A stretch of DNA of 64,000 nt from Lingula anatina (taxonomy: Eukaryota > Animalia > Brachiopoda). Below, one piece after another: positions 33,501-46,800 of the stretch (position 1 is the first letter of the stretch; every line of letters starts with the position of its first letter). Under the pieces are notes generated by a model. It searched no databases and was not told the origin of the DNA. It saw only the letters and a list, made by a program, of their open reading frames with translations. The position numbers and the translations under genes were made by a program. Where the stretch lies: contig CM120645.1 of assembly GCA_051362555.1 (NCBI GenBank), forward strand, positions 13,888,001 to 13,952,000, given 5' to 3'.

Positions 33501-36500
33501 GGTCAATTTTAAGATCACATTTAGATTGCCAGTATATGACTTCCTATTCAAGTTCAATAGTAACTATGGACCTATCTCTGCCAGTTTTGGAGATAAAAGG
33601 GAAGCAAAATTTGCAAAGTTCAGTTCATGGTGAAAAGTAGGTCAAAGGTCAATTTCAAGGTCACAGTAAGATTGCCAGTATATGACTTCCTATTCAACTT
33701 CAATAGTAACTATGGACCTAACTTTGCCAGTTTTGGAGATATAAGGGACTAAATGTTATAATTTTGGAGTTACCATAATGTGCCTTAAATTTCGTACAGA
33801 AAAAATTAATTAAAATAAAGAAAATGTCATTTTGGTCAAAATTCTTGAAATAGGAGGTACTCTGAAGTTTCAGAGGTTCAAATTTGATTAAATAATGTCA
33901 TTTTTGAACACAAGTTGTCTGCTTTGCCAAGCCTTATGTTTTATTTTTCCAGAGTTCAAAATTTATTATCCATTACCGTACTGCACATTTTGCTTTTACC
34001 ACCAATATGTACTTTTTGATACAGCGTAACTCGAAAACCGTATGGAATACAAAAAAACCGAGACCACCTCCAGTGTTGGGCTTTACATGCTCTACAAAAT
34101 GCAAAAAAGAATGGGTCTCTAGCATTAACGGTTCCCGAATTAGAGACAGTTTTCAGTTTCGGTATCTTATGGCCGCTACTCCCGTGAAAATGCACCGATT
34201 GACCCCAAATTCATGGAGATGAAAGATGACCTGAAGGGTAACACTTTTCCAATAATATTATTGGTTAAGTCTGTGTAGTGTCTGAATAACAGGGCAAAAA
34301 AATTTTTTTTTGTAAAAAATTTCATTTTTTTGAAAATTTTGACCCATTTGACCTTGAAGTAAAGGTCAAAGGTCAAATCCAAGGGTATATTTGAAATCTA
34401 CACATATGACTTTTGGAAAGCCGTCTATAGAAATTTTTCCCATAACTCCTTCCGTAGGGTAGATAATTAGCATTTAATTTTGCCATTTTTAGACAAGGGT
34501 GCATTGTAATGAGTACCACACCCAGACCCCAATACCGACAAAGCCCAAATTTTACGTGGAACGAGTTGAGATTATAGGTGACCTAAATCCATGAGATGGG
34601 TACGGGGGCCCTTACCGTCTAGGAGGAGAAGCGGTAACGGTAGCCGTCCGGCGGAGCCGGCGGAGCCGGCGGAACGATCCGGACGGGACCGAAACCATGT
34701 GTACCGCCAGCGCTAACGCTGGTGGTACAATTAAATGTCTTTCCCAGTCTTTTAATTAAGTCTTAATAGAAAATTGCTCATCTACAGTAGGTATGTCTAC
34801 TTCATTTATTGTGAGGATATCATCTGTACAAAGCTTTAAGAATAATACGGCCAAGTCTGACTTAATTGCAATCAGCCTTCTGTCTGTAAAGCAGTCTTGG
34901 CCAAATTGTTTTCAACATATGTTTCAATATACATTGTTGTCGACATAAAAATATAAATACCTTGATTAAATCAAACTCGCACAGCTTTTTTCCAAACCGT
35001 GTCCGTGAGATTGCTGCCTGTACTACTGAAGCTAGAATTATAAAGAACAAAAACACATTCACAAGTAACCTTCCTTCTTTCATGGGTTAAAAATAAGCCT
35101 ATGTAATTGGAGCAAATGCATACGAAAAATAAGAAGGCAAGAGAAAGAATGAAGAAAGAGAGAGAGAGAGAGAGGGAAAGAGCAGGTGCTTCCACATTAC
35201 CCTCCCACTAATTCTGACACTCTCACAAGTACTTTATATGTTACATTAGGAAAACAACACAGAGACAGACAGGCAACTCAGGCAGTTCAGACTTACCAAG
35301 GAGATTCTTCAGTAGACTTACAGCAGCGGCTCCCACTCCAACACGCCCACACTCTAATATACGCAGTGCAAACTGAAACATTTATGAATATTTTTTAAAC
35401 ATTTGCATTTTTTTTTGCAGACTTTTTTCGCCACCTTTTTTTTCACCTTTTTCAATACCAAATGCCCACATATACTAACTTGAACAAAAGGTCTTCATAC
35501 AAGGTTTATTCATAAATTAACAGCTGGCAAGCTCAAGCTCAGAATACAGATTTTCTGACATTCAATTGAAAAAATAGATGAAATATTGCCAGCTTGATAT
35601 CGATTTCATATACAACCCACAACAGCAATAATGTAAAGCTAACACACGGAAAAGTATAGTGACCAAGTTAGCTTAATAGTGCCCTGATACTCAGGGTACC
35701 TAAAACTAACACATGGAAAGGTATAGTGACCAAGCTAGCTTAATAGTGCCCTGATACTCAGGGTACAGTAAATCTAACACACGGAAAGGTATAGTGACCA
35801 AGCTAGCTTTATAGTGCCCTGATACTCAGGGTACGGTAAATCTAACACATGGTAAGGTATAGTGAGCAAGTTAGCTAAAAAGTACCCTGATACTCAGGGT
35901 ACCTAAAACTAACACACGGAAAGGTATAGTGAGCAAGCTAGCTTAATAGCGCCCTGATACTCAGGGTACCTACCTCCTGCCCTTCACCTAATTCCCCTAA
36001 TGAATTTTCCACTGGGACTGGAGTATTGTCAAAGTGAACCGTGCAAGCTGTAAGAATAACATCTCCATTTTGCAGAATATGTATTTTGAAGAGTGACATT
36101 GAAATAATTAACTAAACTCCAAAACACAAACTTCTGAGATATGATGACTTACAAAGGTATACTTGTGAGGGCATTCACAACATATGATCCTTGGATCTAC
36201 TGCTCCATGGATCAAATATGGGAGACCCTACATTAAAGAAGAGCCAACTAATCCACTGATGGTCTCCCTGCCTTCACACGTGCTGTCCTTGCTGGGGTCT
36301 AGCAATTAAACCTTGGGAGTCCTGATTTAATCCATTTAATGGTGTATGCAGAGGCAGGGGGACCATCAGTGGATTAGTTGGCTCTTCTTTCATGTAGAGT
36401 CCCCATATCTGATCCACGGATCAGTAGATCCGAGGGTCATCTGTTGTGAATTAATGCCCTCTATGAAGACATTTTTTCAGTGTGGAATCAGCTATTTGCA

Positions 36501-39500
36501 CAAAAGCATATTTGGTAAGGGTTACTTTAGAAAAATCCATTCTCCTGACACCTCTTCAATTTTTAACCCCATTACTTACATTACCCAAATCTGTTTTGAG
36601 TAAAATTTTGCTGAACAAACTCAAAATTTGCTGATTTTTTAAAATTCTTGTTAAAACTAACACATGCCTATTTTGCCAGATATCATGATCATACTTTTTT
36701 TTAACGGGACACTGGCACTTACTGTTACATCCTCTAGTCCCCAACGTGTCATGTGGCTCGCTGACTGTGACGCCACCAAAGTCCTTCTCTACTATCAAAG
36801 CAACTAGCTTTTCAAATGTATTATTCTGAAAACGAGTAACAATTAAATGACCAAACAGTGCATTCTATGGGTCAGTGAATCAGCTGATTTACTATTTTTC
36901 TTAAATAATTTTCTTAATAACCAACAGATCTGTAAATAACTGTAAGGAGTGGAATTATTGAGTCAGTAATTAAATCTTACAGTTAGGGGTGTATTATATA
37001 AACTTCAAAATGTTATCTTCACAAAAGATTTCTTCAGTGAAAAAATCATATAATGAGTATTTGACATTTCCACTGAAAATGGCACACACTACATTTTAAA
37101 ATGTCACTGAGCAAAAAAAAAAAAACACCATGGCATTTATGTTCACCTGTTCATTTTTAAACTTGCCCTTCGCAATCACTATAAAGACGTCTGCGATTCC
37201 TCCATTAACCACCCAGTTCTTTGTGCCATTCAGGACAACTTTACTTGAGCCTTCTTCAGTTAACCTGGCAGTTGTCTCTATAGATGATATGTCACTGCCG
37301 CTATATGAATATAGTTGAATATTGCATATTTTCATAAAGTTATATTTGTATATATATCTTACTAAATGGTGGAAGTGCTTTCATTAGTCATCTAGGCTAT
37401 TCGACTTGAAATGTGAGTGGTTCAGGTAAAAATATATATCAGTAAGCTCAGAAATATTTATTAAGCATGAAAAATTATTGTCTTTGCCCTGAGTTCCCAA
37501 AATGACAGAATTATCCATTTCACATAAAAAATATTTTTATGTTTAAATTCTGAAATACATAACATATGGGATACTGGATTAACCACTGTGATTTTTGATG
37601 TTTCTAATTTTGCTTTCTGCATTTTGCTTGCACAAGGTAGAATTTTTTTTTTTAAACCTACCAGTCAGGTTCTGACAGACAAAATGCAGCAATGCTCTCT
37701 CCTGTTGCAAGCTTGGGTAGATACTTCGCCTTTTGTTCTTCATTTCCACTGAGTAATATACTCTGAAATTTTACTTCACCAACTTAATTTGAAACCAGAT
37801 TGTCATCCTTTAACAAAAACATGAGAGAAAAAATATGTAATCATTTATAAAGGCTAGTATAGTAAAATTACATACAAGTGTACGATAAATTTGATATGAC
37901 TTCCTTAAATCATTATCAATCTGTCCCCTGATCAACAATAAATACTGCTTTCAAAATGTTTAAGGCAGAGCTTTAAGCCACGTTGTCATTTTGCTTTAAC
38001 ATTAGATAAAACAATCAGTCAGTCTATGAATCAATAACTAATGGTTTAAAACATCAGGCCATCCTAGCACTGATACCTTTAAGCCAAGTCCGTGGTGGGC
38101 TGCTAATGTCATCGAGATGGAACTGTCAGCTCCTGTCACCTCTGTGAACTGTACACTCTCTGTGACACTCAAATCTAGACCACCTGATTAAATATGAGTT
38201 AAACTGAATTTTACTCATCATAAAACGTGCTCATGACATTTTTCAAATGACTGTTAGTGTTAACTATTTTGCTTAAAAGTTAAATAAGAAATGCTATCTT
38301 GTAAGTATCATTTTTTTTTTTTTAGAAAACATTGTTACATTTGGCTTTTAAAATAAGCCATAGCACTTTTATTGGGATAAAAACAAGTATATTTTTTTCC
38401 AAAGAACATATTATGTAGGAAAAATTTTACTTAGCTGAGTTTAAAACAAATTATTTTTAATTCCAGTCTGTACATGTTGAAAATTTAAATAAAACTCCAT
38501 AATAATCTGCAGAAATGTCCCTCTGCTAAATCAACAAGAAGGTTTTAATAAATATACCATATTCTCTAGGAACTTCTAAACCAAATAGCCCCAGCTCTTT
38601 TAACTGTGTGATTATCTTCTCTGGTATCTCAGCATCCCTATCTATTGCACCCGAGTGAACTGTAAAGAAACAATAAGATGTATGTTATCATATTTAGGCC
38701 TGCATCATTGTGATAAAATGTGATAAATGTTATTGTGATAAAAAATTCAAAAGCACACCTTTTTTCTATTTATATTTGTCTATCATGTAAACTATCTATT
38801 TATTTTGATTTTTTTCTGTTCTTTTTTATACATATCGTTATAAGTTTTCCTACTTTACATTAATTGGTTTAGCATCTGCTTAAATTAAATGAAAAAAATA
38901 TATGTTAAGTGAAAATAAAATAAAGCCTAAATACAAATGGTAACCTCTTTACTTAAATATCACAAAGTTTTTTCACTACAAACAAACTTACCACTCTCCT
39001 TAAAAAGATCCTCAACTGGTTTGATTAGTCGATCAAGAACTTCTAAATCCTCTTTATGACCAATCTGAGGGAAAGTGAAAACTTCCTTATATGAAAAAAG
39101 AGAAAATATTATTTTACTGCAAGATTTCTGTTTTGCCAATTTCCCCAATTATTACGTAATACATTTATAAGTAATCAAATCTCTTAATTAACAAACTTAT
39201 AAGGCAAAACTGATAAAATATGCACTGACTGGGTAAAACTTGATTTCCAGAAAGTCAAAATTTATTTCCAAAAAGTGAGAAAAAGAAGATTCATGTAAAA
39301 CCTTTGATAGATATATCAGGAAAAAAATTAGAATGTACCAGATGTAAACACAAGTTATATCTTCTAAAAGGTTTTTTATCCAGAATGTTATACTTCTAAA
39401 CTATCTTTTAAATTGAAAAATTTTTTTTAAAAGTCAGCAAATGTGTCCTCACATTTCAGCCAAAAAGCTGTGACCACTGAACACATTTTGTGCCACCTTA

Positions 39501-40465
39501 AAAACAAACTTCATCTTGATCAATTTGATGGGGTTTGTTACATAAGATCACAAATATCCTATACTTTCACTTAGTATAGAAATTTAGGTGGAGATGAGAG
39601 ATTATTGTATAGGTTGTCAAACAAAGTGCTTCAGTAGACTGGTCACAAGCATGCTCGGCAATAAAATATTTCATTGATTCTATGGGATCCCATAGGAATT
39701 TAACGACATTAGCTTTCAATACTTAACTAATTTTGATTATTTATTTTTATTTATTTTTTTTATTTGAGGGGAGGGGGGCTATATAGAAGATAGTATGGCA
39801 CTCAAAGATCATTTAATGTCATTTTAAAGTTTATGCACCCCTTTTCTAAATCATGTAGCATTATTAGGACAGTCTTTTTCTGGCAAATTGAGGTGACAGC
39901 CGAGCATGGTCACAAGCAGGCCCACAGGACTTGACTGTGGCACCACCAACTAGTGCAGTCTGCTATACCTATCTTTGACTTACATACTGCCTTGAAAGCT
40001 GTATAAGAAAAGGAAGCATAAACGATAACATAGCTTGTGAGGTACAGTTGTGCTTTACTCGAGCCTCATGACATGTATTAAATGGCCCTTGGTTTCCATC
40101 TTCTTAACTTCGGATTCTTTTTCCACCGCTTTCCAAGTTCAAGGGTAAATAAATGAAACAGAATCCTGTGGACCTACCTTGCTTAGTACTCCTGAAAATA
40201 AGTTCTTCACGAAAGGTTTTTCATTAAATGGCAGTTTATTTTTATGTGCTCTGTCCTCAAATGCCCTCTGGAGCTCACTAGTACCGTCACTGGTGTTTGT
40301 TGATGTCACGTCTGGGAAAGTTTCAGCACTATTCCCAGTATTGGTTAACGTTTTTGATTGCGAAAAAGCACATTTCATATCTTTTAAGTGACACTTTGCT
40401 TGTGTATATTTCAAAATAGATTTCCTTCCTAAATGTCTGCAGTTAAGAACGTGCTTTGACAACAT
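20339..40465 (-). CDS. ACAD9: Mitochondrial acyl-CoA dehydrogenase 9-like (ACAD9/VLCAD family; complex I assembly factor), ~17 exons
   Basis: Approximate exons: 40465-40178 (transit peptide, PFVKNLF), 39085-38992, 38659-38558, 38183-38077, 37762-37662 (AAFCLSEP), 37300-37147 (GSD...[19 protein letters not shown]), 36826-36724 (LGTRG), 36047-35974, 35373-35297, 35021-34961, 31858-31677, 31363-31235 ([20 protein letters not shown]), 30478-30296 ([12 protein letters not shown]), 26622-26545, 26003-25876 ([15 protein letters not shown]), 20683-20611 and 20442-20339 (stop). It includes the VLCAD/ACAD9 C-terminal extension. Confidence 0.88.
21019..23429 (+). CDS. ISL2EU accessory protein of ~513 aa: SAP + SWIM zinc finger + YqaJ/lambda-type alkaline exonuclease
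   Basis: Exons 21019-21116 (SAP: [25 protein letters not shown]), 21842-22054 and 22199-23429 total 1542 nt, in frame, with GT-AG introns. SWIM motif CQCDC.AG.GP.AHCKH; YqaJ motifs ERRTRGQ..NPTW, HG..NE..A, GTSVDG, VEVKCP and [15 protein letters not shown] overlaps the stop codon. Confidence 0.88.
23967..25664 (-). CDS. ISL2EU transposase (THAP + HTH_Tnp_4 + DDE_Tnp_4), interrupted by a one-base frameshift at 24968-24974
   Basis: Exon 25664-25478 encodes THAP ([17 protein letters not shown]...CHAHF). The exon from 25134 continues with [10 protein letters not shown]. The -1 frame continues with HTH ([12 protein letters not shown]...LAFLFG) and DDE motifs [23 protein letters not shown] and RTHVERLIG. 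Confidence 0.88.
26851..28420. repeat. 146-bp tandem array (11 units) inside Helentron B
   Basis: Period measured from AAAGGTCAAT at 27001, 27147, 27293 and so on to 28315. Confidence 0.95.
28663..28954. mobile_element. IS3EU-like MITE (TAC...GTA termini, 6-bp TSD) nested in the Helentron; a second copy lies at ~52292-52585
   Basis: 26-bp TIR TACGGAAGCCGACTGGTGCCATATGT; TSD CATTTT at 28657-28662 and 28955-28960; empty site in copy C; five internal copies of the palindrome TATCTCGAAATTTCGAGATA. Confidence 0.75.
31968..32636. mobile_element. Non-autonomous TIR element with an 8-bp TSD (hAT or P-like)
   Basis: TIR of ~77 bp starting CACCCTGAGCTTCAGAGATAACTTGACAC; TSD GAGAATGG at 31960-31967 and 32637-32644. 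Confidence 0.85.
32705..34733 (-). mobile_element. Non-autonomous Helentron, copy C (~6 tandem units; no nested MITE; single head)
   Basis: Same termini and internal blocks as copy B. It shows the empty site (CACATTTTG, ~33984-33992) for the MITE found in copies B and D. Confidence 0.8.
35637..35971. repeat. Minisatellite of ~65-67 bp, 5 copies, abutting an ACAD9 splice donor
   Basis: Repeated unit CTAACACACGGAAAGGTATAGTGACCAAGCTAGCTTAATAGTGCCCTGATACTCAGGGTAC. Confidence 0.9.
36167..36461. mobile_element. Palindromic MITE (GATCAAATATGG family; relatives at 43190-43557, ~55608-55662 and ~59308-59455)
   Basis: Long inverted arms GAGGGCATTCACAACA...TGTTGTGAATTAATGCCCTC. Confidence 0.65.
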
Positions 40466-40833
40466 TTTAGTGTGTTAATGTCGTATATTTGATTCGTATT
40501 TCTCATTCCTGGCAATTGCCTGCTAACCGGAAGTTCTTCACCTGCGACTGCCATTAAAATAGCAGCTGCTTCCGCACGTAAAGTGGAAAAGACATAATAA
40601 AAACATGTACATATATTTTCAAATAATATTAGAATATTATGATTTTCTATATATTTACATCAAAAAGAAGCTGAGAATGAAAGCACTTTGTCCAAACTCT
40701 CAAATACGCTACTGTATAAGAAATATTTTGTTCCGGTTGCTCAAATCTTCAACACCGGCTTTTTCTACCTTTAATCGCGCAAGATCTTCGAAATTAGGTC
40801 GCACCAGGGAAGCAGGGGGAGATAGAAGGGAAG
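40466..40833. promoter_or_regulatory. Putative bidirectional promoter shared by ACAD9 and ACOX1
   Basis: 368 bp separate the divergent ATGs. ETS/GABP-type ACCGGAAGT at ~40526-40534; YY1-type AAGATGGC overlaps the ACOX1 ATG. Confidence 0.6.
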
Positions 40834-43800
40834 ATGGCATACACGAAGGAACCCGACCAACTGTCCATAAAAACTAACGTGGATCTGCTCAAAGAGAGAC
40901 AGACTGCAACTTTTGATGTTGCATCATTAACTCAAATACTTGATGGAGGAAAAGCCAAGACTAGACGAAGAAAACAGTTGGGTAAGTGGATGTAATTTAG
41001 TTTCTGAATGTCCGCTTTGACGACAACAAGCAAAATTTAGAAGGTAGTCAAGACTACTGAAGCTATCTGCACTTCGACTCACCTGCAGGAAAAGCCATAA
41101 GGCTCACCTTAATGGATCTCTACATGTATTTGAAAATTCATTTTAAAAGATGGATTTCTATATGAATTAAAGGGTTGTTCTCTGGATTTTATTTGTACAG
41201 GTAAGGTTATGAGGGATATCTACATGTATATTTGTAGTAATAATGTGCAGTTTGACTTTGAACCCAGCAAATCAGGCACATACACGTCCTTCGACCTGAT
41301 AGATACAGCATGTGCATTCTTAATGTGTGAGCTCTTATGGCTTCAGTTGATGACATTGATTGAAGTGATTGTCTTAAGAAATAAAAGCAATAATCAGTGA
41401 TACCTTTATATAAATGATTATCATTACCCAGTACATATGCCTGAATTTCAGCATAGGCCTATTGAGTAATGTTATTACTCAACACCTTCTTCTCTGTATT
41501 ATGTATCATAGCAGACTCAGTCAAAGAGCGAACAACTAAGAAAATTTAAGAATTAAGTGCTGGGAAAATTATCCTCCATATACAGTATGGATATCTGGGT
41601 TATCTTGTACAATTTGTATTCTCTTTAAAACTGAAATGCAGTTTTCTTCTGATATGCATGTGGTCAACCGTGTATGTTGTGCTATACTTCACAGTTCTGA
41701 AAACATATCTACTGTGCTAGTATAAAACAATCATAATTAACTGCCATTGACCTATTTTATATATTTTCTTAACCAGCCATTTCTTTTTGTCTGCTGTATA
41801 GTCTGATATAGCCTCTTTACCTAAATTATGTTACAGAGTAAGGCCATAGGCTAGGACAGTAAATAAGCCATTTATGTAGAGTATTTAGTTTCATCACCTT
41901 AAAAGTGTGTCTTCCCTTAGCAAAATATCAGGCCTTCTGAAACATTGCAGCAAATTTGCTGCAAACTGAAATCTCTTCTTGCAAATTTGCAGCAAATTAA
42001 CTGCAATATGGCTGCAAATTAGGAGCACTAAAATTTTACTGGCAAACTCCTTGCCCCAAACTTTTAATTTGGAGCAATATTGCTGCAATACTTTTCATTT
42101 TGCTAAGGGTTTCCATCTTCATACAACCAGCTGTCCATACAAGCTACAAGCTATTTATTTACTATTATTATCTTAAAAAATAAGGAAATTTAAAACAAAG
42201 ACATCCGTGCATAGTTTCCCATTTAAGTATCTTGATATATGAAGTAAGACTTACTGTCTCATATCTGTTTAACAACATTTTTATAATGCTAAATTTTGCT
42301 TTTTATGTTCAGAAAGCCTGGTCCTGAGTGATCCTACACTTAATCCGCTGGACCGGTCAGTTGACCGATTGGAGTTGTATGACAGAAGCCTTAGGAAGGC
42401 AGCCCGGGTCTATGAACTGAAAGTAAAACACAACTGGAGTCCTGAAGATATGAAGATGGTGCTGAGGTATTGTCTTGATGCATTTTGTGGACACTTACTA
42501 ATACTTACGGTCAGTTAATCTGCAGTTGGTCTGTTGCTCGCAGTTATGACTTCAACCTCTTTCCATTCCTTGTCAAGTCTATAATACAGCAGGGATGGGT
42601 GGAAGCTGTTTTCGAGTCTTCATGAAGACGTTTAAAATTTTTAATTTTACATTGACGGACATCTAATTTTTATGTTCGAAGACAGTCAAAATGGAGGATG
42701 GATCAACAAGGATAATTAAGAAGACTGTCAGAAAATCCATAAAAATGAAAATGGTCCATTTATTGTAGCCATTGTATAGCAATGAAATAAAATGTATTAT
42801 AAAATGTATTATTATGATTAGTATTTGCTTAAAATGACAGATCAAGTTTTTTGATCAGAGGATTTTTTTCTTGTAAAATAAAAACAAGAGTCAGTCTTTT
42901 CATTATCCACTTGATATCAGTACTGGACAATTGCTTGATAAAATGATGCACCTGAGTCTTTAATTTACTGATATAACAATTGACATATTTCTAATCTGTA
43001 TTACATCACAGAATGTTGAATGACGAACATGCCCTGGCAGTCCACGAAGTGATGTTCATGCCCTGTATAGAGAGACTGGGCACAGCTGCACAGAGAGCAA
43101 AGTGGCTACCAAAGGCTCACACACTGGAAATCATGGGAACTTATGCCCAGACTGAACTAGGACATGGTAGGTTAGACCTCATTCCCATAGAGCACATTCA
43201 GAACAGCAGACTAAGGCCCCATTCAAAATAGGGGACTAACTAGTCCGAGGGTCAAATATGGAGACCCACTACAAAGCTTGTCCTCTAATCCGCTAATAGA
43301 CATTGAATAGACATCCCATGGGGACGTATTCAAGTGGGTCGCCCATATTTGACCCTCGGACTAGTTAGTCCCCTAATCTGAATGGGACGTAACAGGTCCG
43401 AGGATCAAATATGGCCACCCACTAAAAATCTTGCCACTTAATTACCCATGTGACATTGAATAGATTCCCTGCAGGGATTACGCAACAACCATTCAAGTAC
43501 TATAGGGTGGCCATATTTGATCCGTGCATCTGTTAGTTCACTGTTCTGAATGTGCCCATACACTCCATTTCCATAGATTAGATTGACCTACTTTAGATCG
43601 ACCTAACTCCCTGGGGGTTCACGCTAAATAGCTGTCAGCCGGGCGGACACGAAAGTTAATTACCCCCTTTACAGCTTGTAGTAGGCGGGACGGACATTTA
43701 AGTCGGATTATCTGAAAGTAATCTAGTGAGACTCCCCGCGGGGATAGATCGATCTAAAATCTATGGAAATAGAGCCATAGACACCACTGGGCTATGTAGA

Positions 43801-46800
43801 CCCATCCAATTCTGCTGAGTGCAATCAGCTTAACTAAATGACAAGCCTCCTTTTGTTGCCAGCGTACTTGTATAATCACTGGCTTTTTTCTGTAGTCTAC
43901 TCATTACCAGCAGAAGGCATGTTAATCTGTTAAACTGATTGCATTACAAATACATGTTTTTAATGGTATGTTTTTTATATTGCTAGTTTTAAGTTGCATT
44001 ATTTGTGTGAATATTGCAGGTATTAGAGCAGTTATCAAAATTTTTACAAGTCAAGTTACTTTGGTACAAATTTAGGTAACTGCCAACAAATATGAATTCA
44101 AATTGATTAGTAACAAAGAATAAATTTTTAATTTATGATTATATCACGTTTATAATGATTGTTGAATGTTACTATTAGTCATGCAAAAATTCAATAGAAA
44201 TAATTGCTTGCAATTGTAGAATGTATCAGATTAAGATACTGAACATCATCCATTTGTTACAATAATGTGATTCTTTAATAGAGTTAATTGATTCTAGGTA
44301 CCAATTTGGCTGGTCTTGAAACAACTGCCACCTATGAGCTATCCTCTGGCCAGTTTATCTTGAACACACCAACACTGAGTGCTATGAAATGGTGGCCTGG
44401 GAACTGTAAGTAGATCTGTATTTGGGAAAGGGGAGACTGCTTGGAAGGAGTGGTGATGAGGATAGTAAAATACAAATTATTTTTATTTTTTTTCTTTTAA
44501 GTTGTTGTCATTGCTTTTGCATTAGATACTGCATTTGCAAATGTGCATAAAAAGGTAAAATATGATTGTTTTATTTTTATAATAATATAAGAGGGGGTTG
44601 CGATTATCATTTCCTTCTAATCTGTTTGCAGTGATAAAAACCTGTTTATAAAACCTCTTTGTCATCAACTTTAAAGATACCTTTAAGCTTAGTAGTATGT
44701 ATCTAGTGTAGAGAAAAATCATTTGTGAAATCAGTTTGTGAAATATGTAATTCCCAGAGATTTCTTTTCTTATAGAGGTTAACACTTTCAAGAGATTTAT
44801 TTTGGAAAATTTGCCACATGTATATGAGATATTCTGTATGAGATATTCTATGTGAAATATTTTTCATGGATATTCAGTGGCAAAGACAGCAAACCACGCC
44901 ATAGTGTTGGCCCAGCTTTGGATTGCTGGGAAGAAGTTTGGGATGCAGGCCTTCATGGTTCAGTTAAGAAGTCTGGAAGACCACACGCTGTTGCCAGGTG
45001 AGTGAAAATTCCAGCCTTTTTGAACATTAAAACTGTACTGACATAAATATATTTAAACAATAAATTCAACACTTACGTCCATTGCCTCAAATAATTTTGA
45101 ATTTTATTTTAAAATTTTTGGAAATCTATCTGGTGACTTACTTGGACTATTTTGAGTTGCAGTTTGTTTTGGTTCTGAAAGCTAGAATCACTTTCATGCA
45201 TAAGTTAGGTCTTGCATTGTGTACCATGTGTGGTACAGGTTTTCTGGTGGTATACACACTGAAACGTATTGATGAGCGCACATACACGTAGATACAGGTG
45301 CCCACATGCACACAAACCCAGAGTTGAATGATTTCTCCCCTTTTAACTTTCCTTATTTTTTTTTAAATTTGTGTTTTCTTCAAATTTAAAGAAGATTGTT
45401 CTTCACATCTCCACAACTACTTCTGCAAACCTGAGTTTTAGAGTACGTAGGAATTCCAATTTCTAGGAATCACTAAAACCCAAGGTGCTGGTGGTGGCAA
45501 CAGAGATGACAGGTTTACTAAATTCTCAGGGTGTCACCCCCACCTACCCTGAGTTTCATAGAATAAAAAATTATCATTAAAGGGATAATAACTCTTCGTT
45601 TCGGCAAAAAAATGAATTTTCCTGGAGTAAACAACAATTTTCCCATACTTACCAATGCTCAATGAATCCATTTTTACATTCAAAGTTAGTCTCTGGTTTT
45701 TTTCTAAAAAGTTTGGTTTTTTGTTAAAATCTCTTTAGAGATTTTAACAGAGTATAGCCATAAATGGAGGTCACGTGGTCTAAAGAAAAGTTCAGATATC
45801 AGAATAATAGCTATAACTGTCGTTTTTGTTGTAAAAGAATATATTATATATTTCTGTGAGTTATTCACAATGTTTTTATTGTGAAATATAAATGTCATAT
45901 GAAGAGTCATTATCCCCTTAATCTCTAAAAGTTAGGGTGCTACCACACCACACTGCCACTCTCAAAGCAATATTTTAGATCCACCCATAGAAATATTAAC
46001 CCTGTTTTTTGTTCTCACCTGCAGGTATTGAGACAGGAGACATAGGCCCCAAGATGGGGGTCCCCTACACAGACAATGGCTACCTAATCCTGAAAAATGT
46101 CAGAATACCTAGAGATCACATGCTGGCTGGTTTTGCTAAGGTAATGTGATAAAAGCATTGCTCTCATCTGTTTTGCTTGCACAATATATATATTTTGATT
46201 CTATATTTATTTTCTTCAAACACTACCTCTCAATTAAGGTACATTGGGACCATTCCTAGACCCTATCGTACTAACTGTGGATTAATCTATCTCCAAGGGG
46301 ATTCTCGCTAAATTGCAATCAACTTATGCGGCCTAGATGTCTTTCATGCCTACTGAATCTGCTAGGGGGTAATTAATTATTGTGTAGCAGCCTCAGTAGG
46401 TATGACAGACATCTAAGCTGCTTAAGCTGCAAGCAAATTAGCAAGATACCCCTTGAAGATGGATTGATCCTATTAGCTCGATCTAGGTATGGGAACCAAG
46501 TCATTGTTATGTGGAAAACAAGGGCTCTGGTTGGTGCTAGTTATAGGGCATACAGGCATGCCTCATATTTTTCTGCATTTAAGTGCACCATTATCTGCTA
46601 TTTGCATTATCTGTGATACAAGTTAGATGGCACTGAATTGCACGTAAAATCCGCTTGTGCATAGACCTCATATTTTCCCCACGTGATACAGTTTCTTGTC
46701 AAATAACTTTTGCAAACTCACATAAACCAGATCCATTAAATTGCCCATAAAAGGAATTAAAAAGGAAAAAGAAAAATATTTTAGAGTTTACACAGAGACA

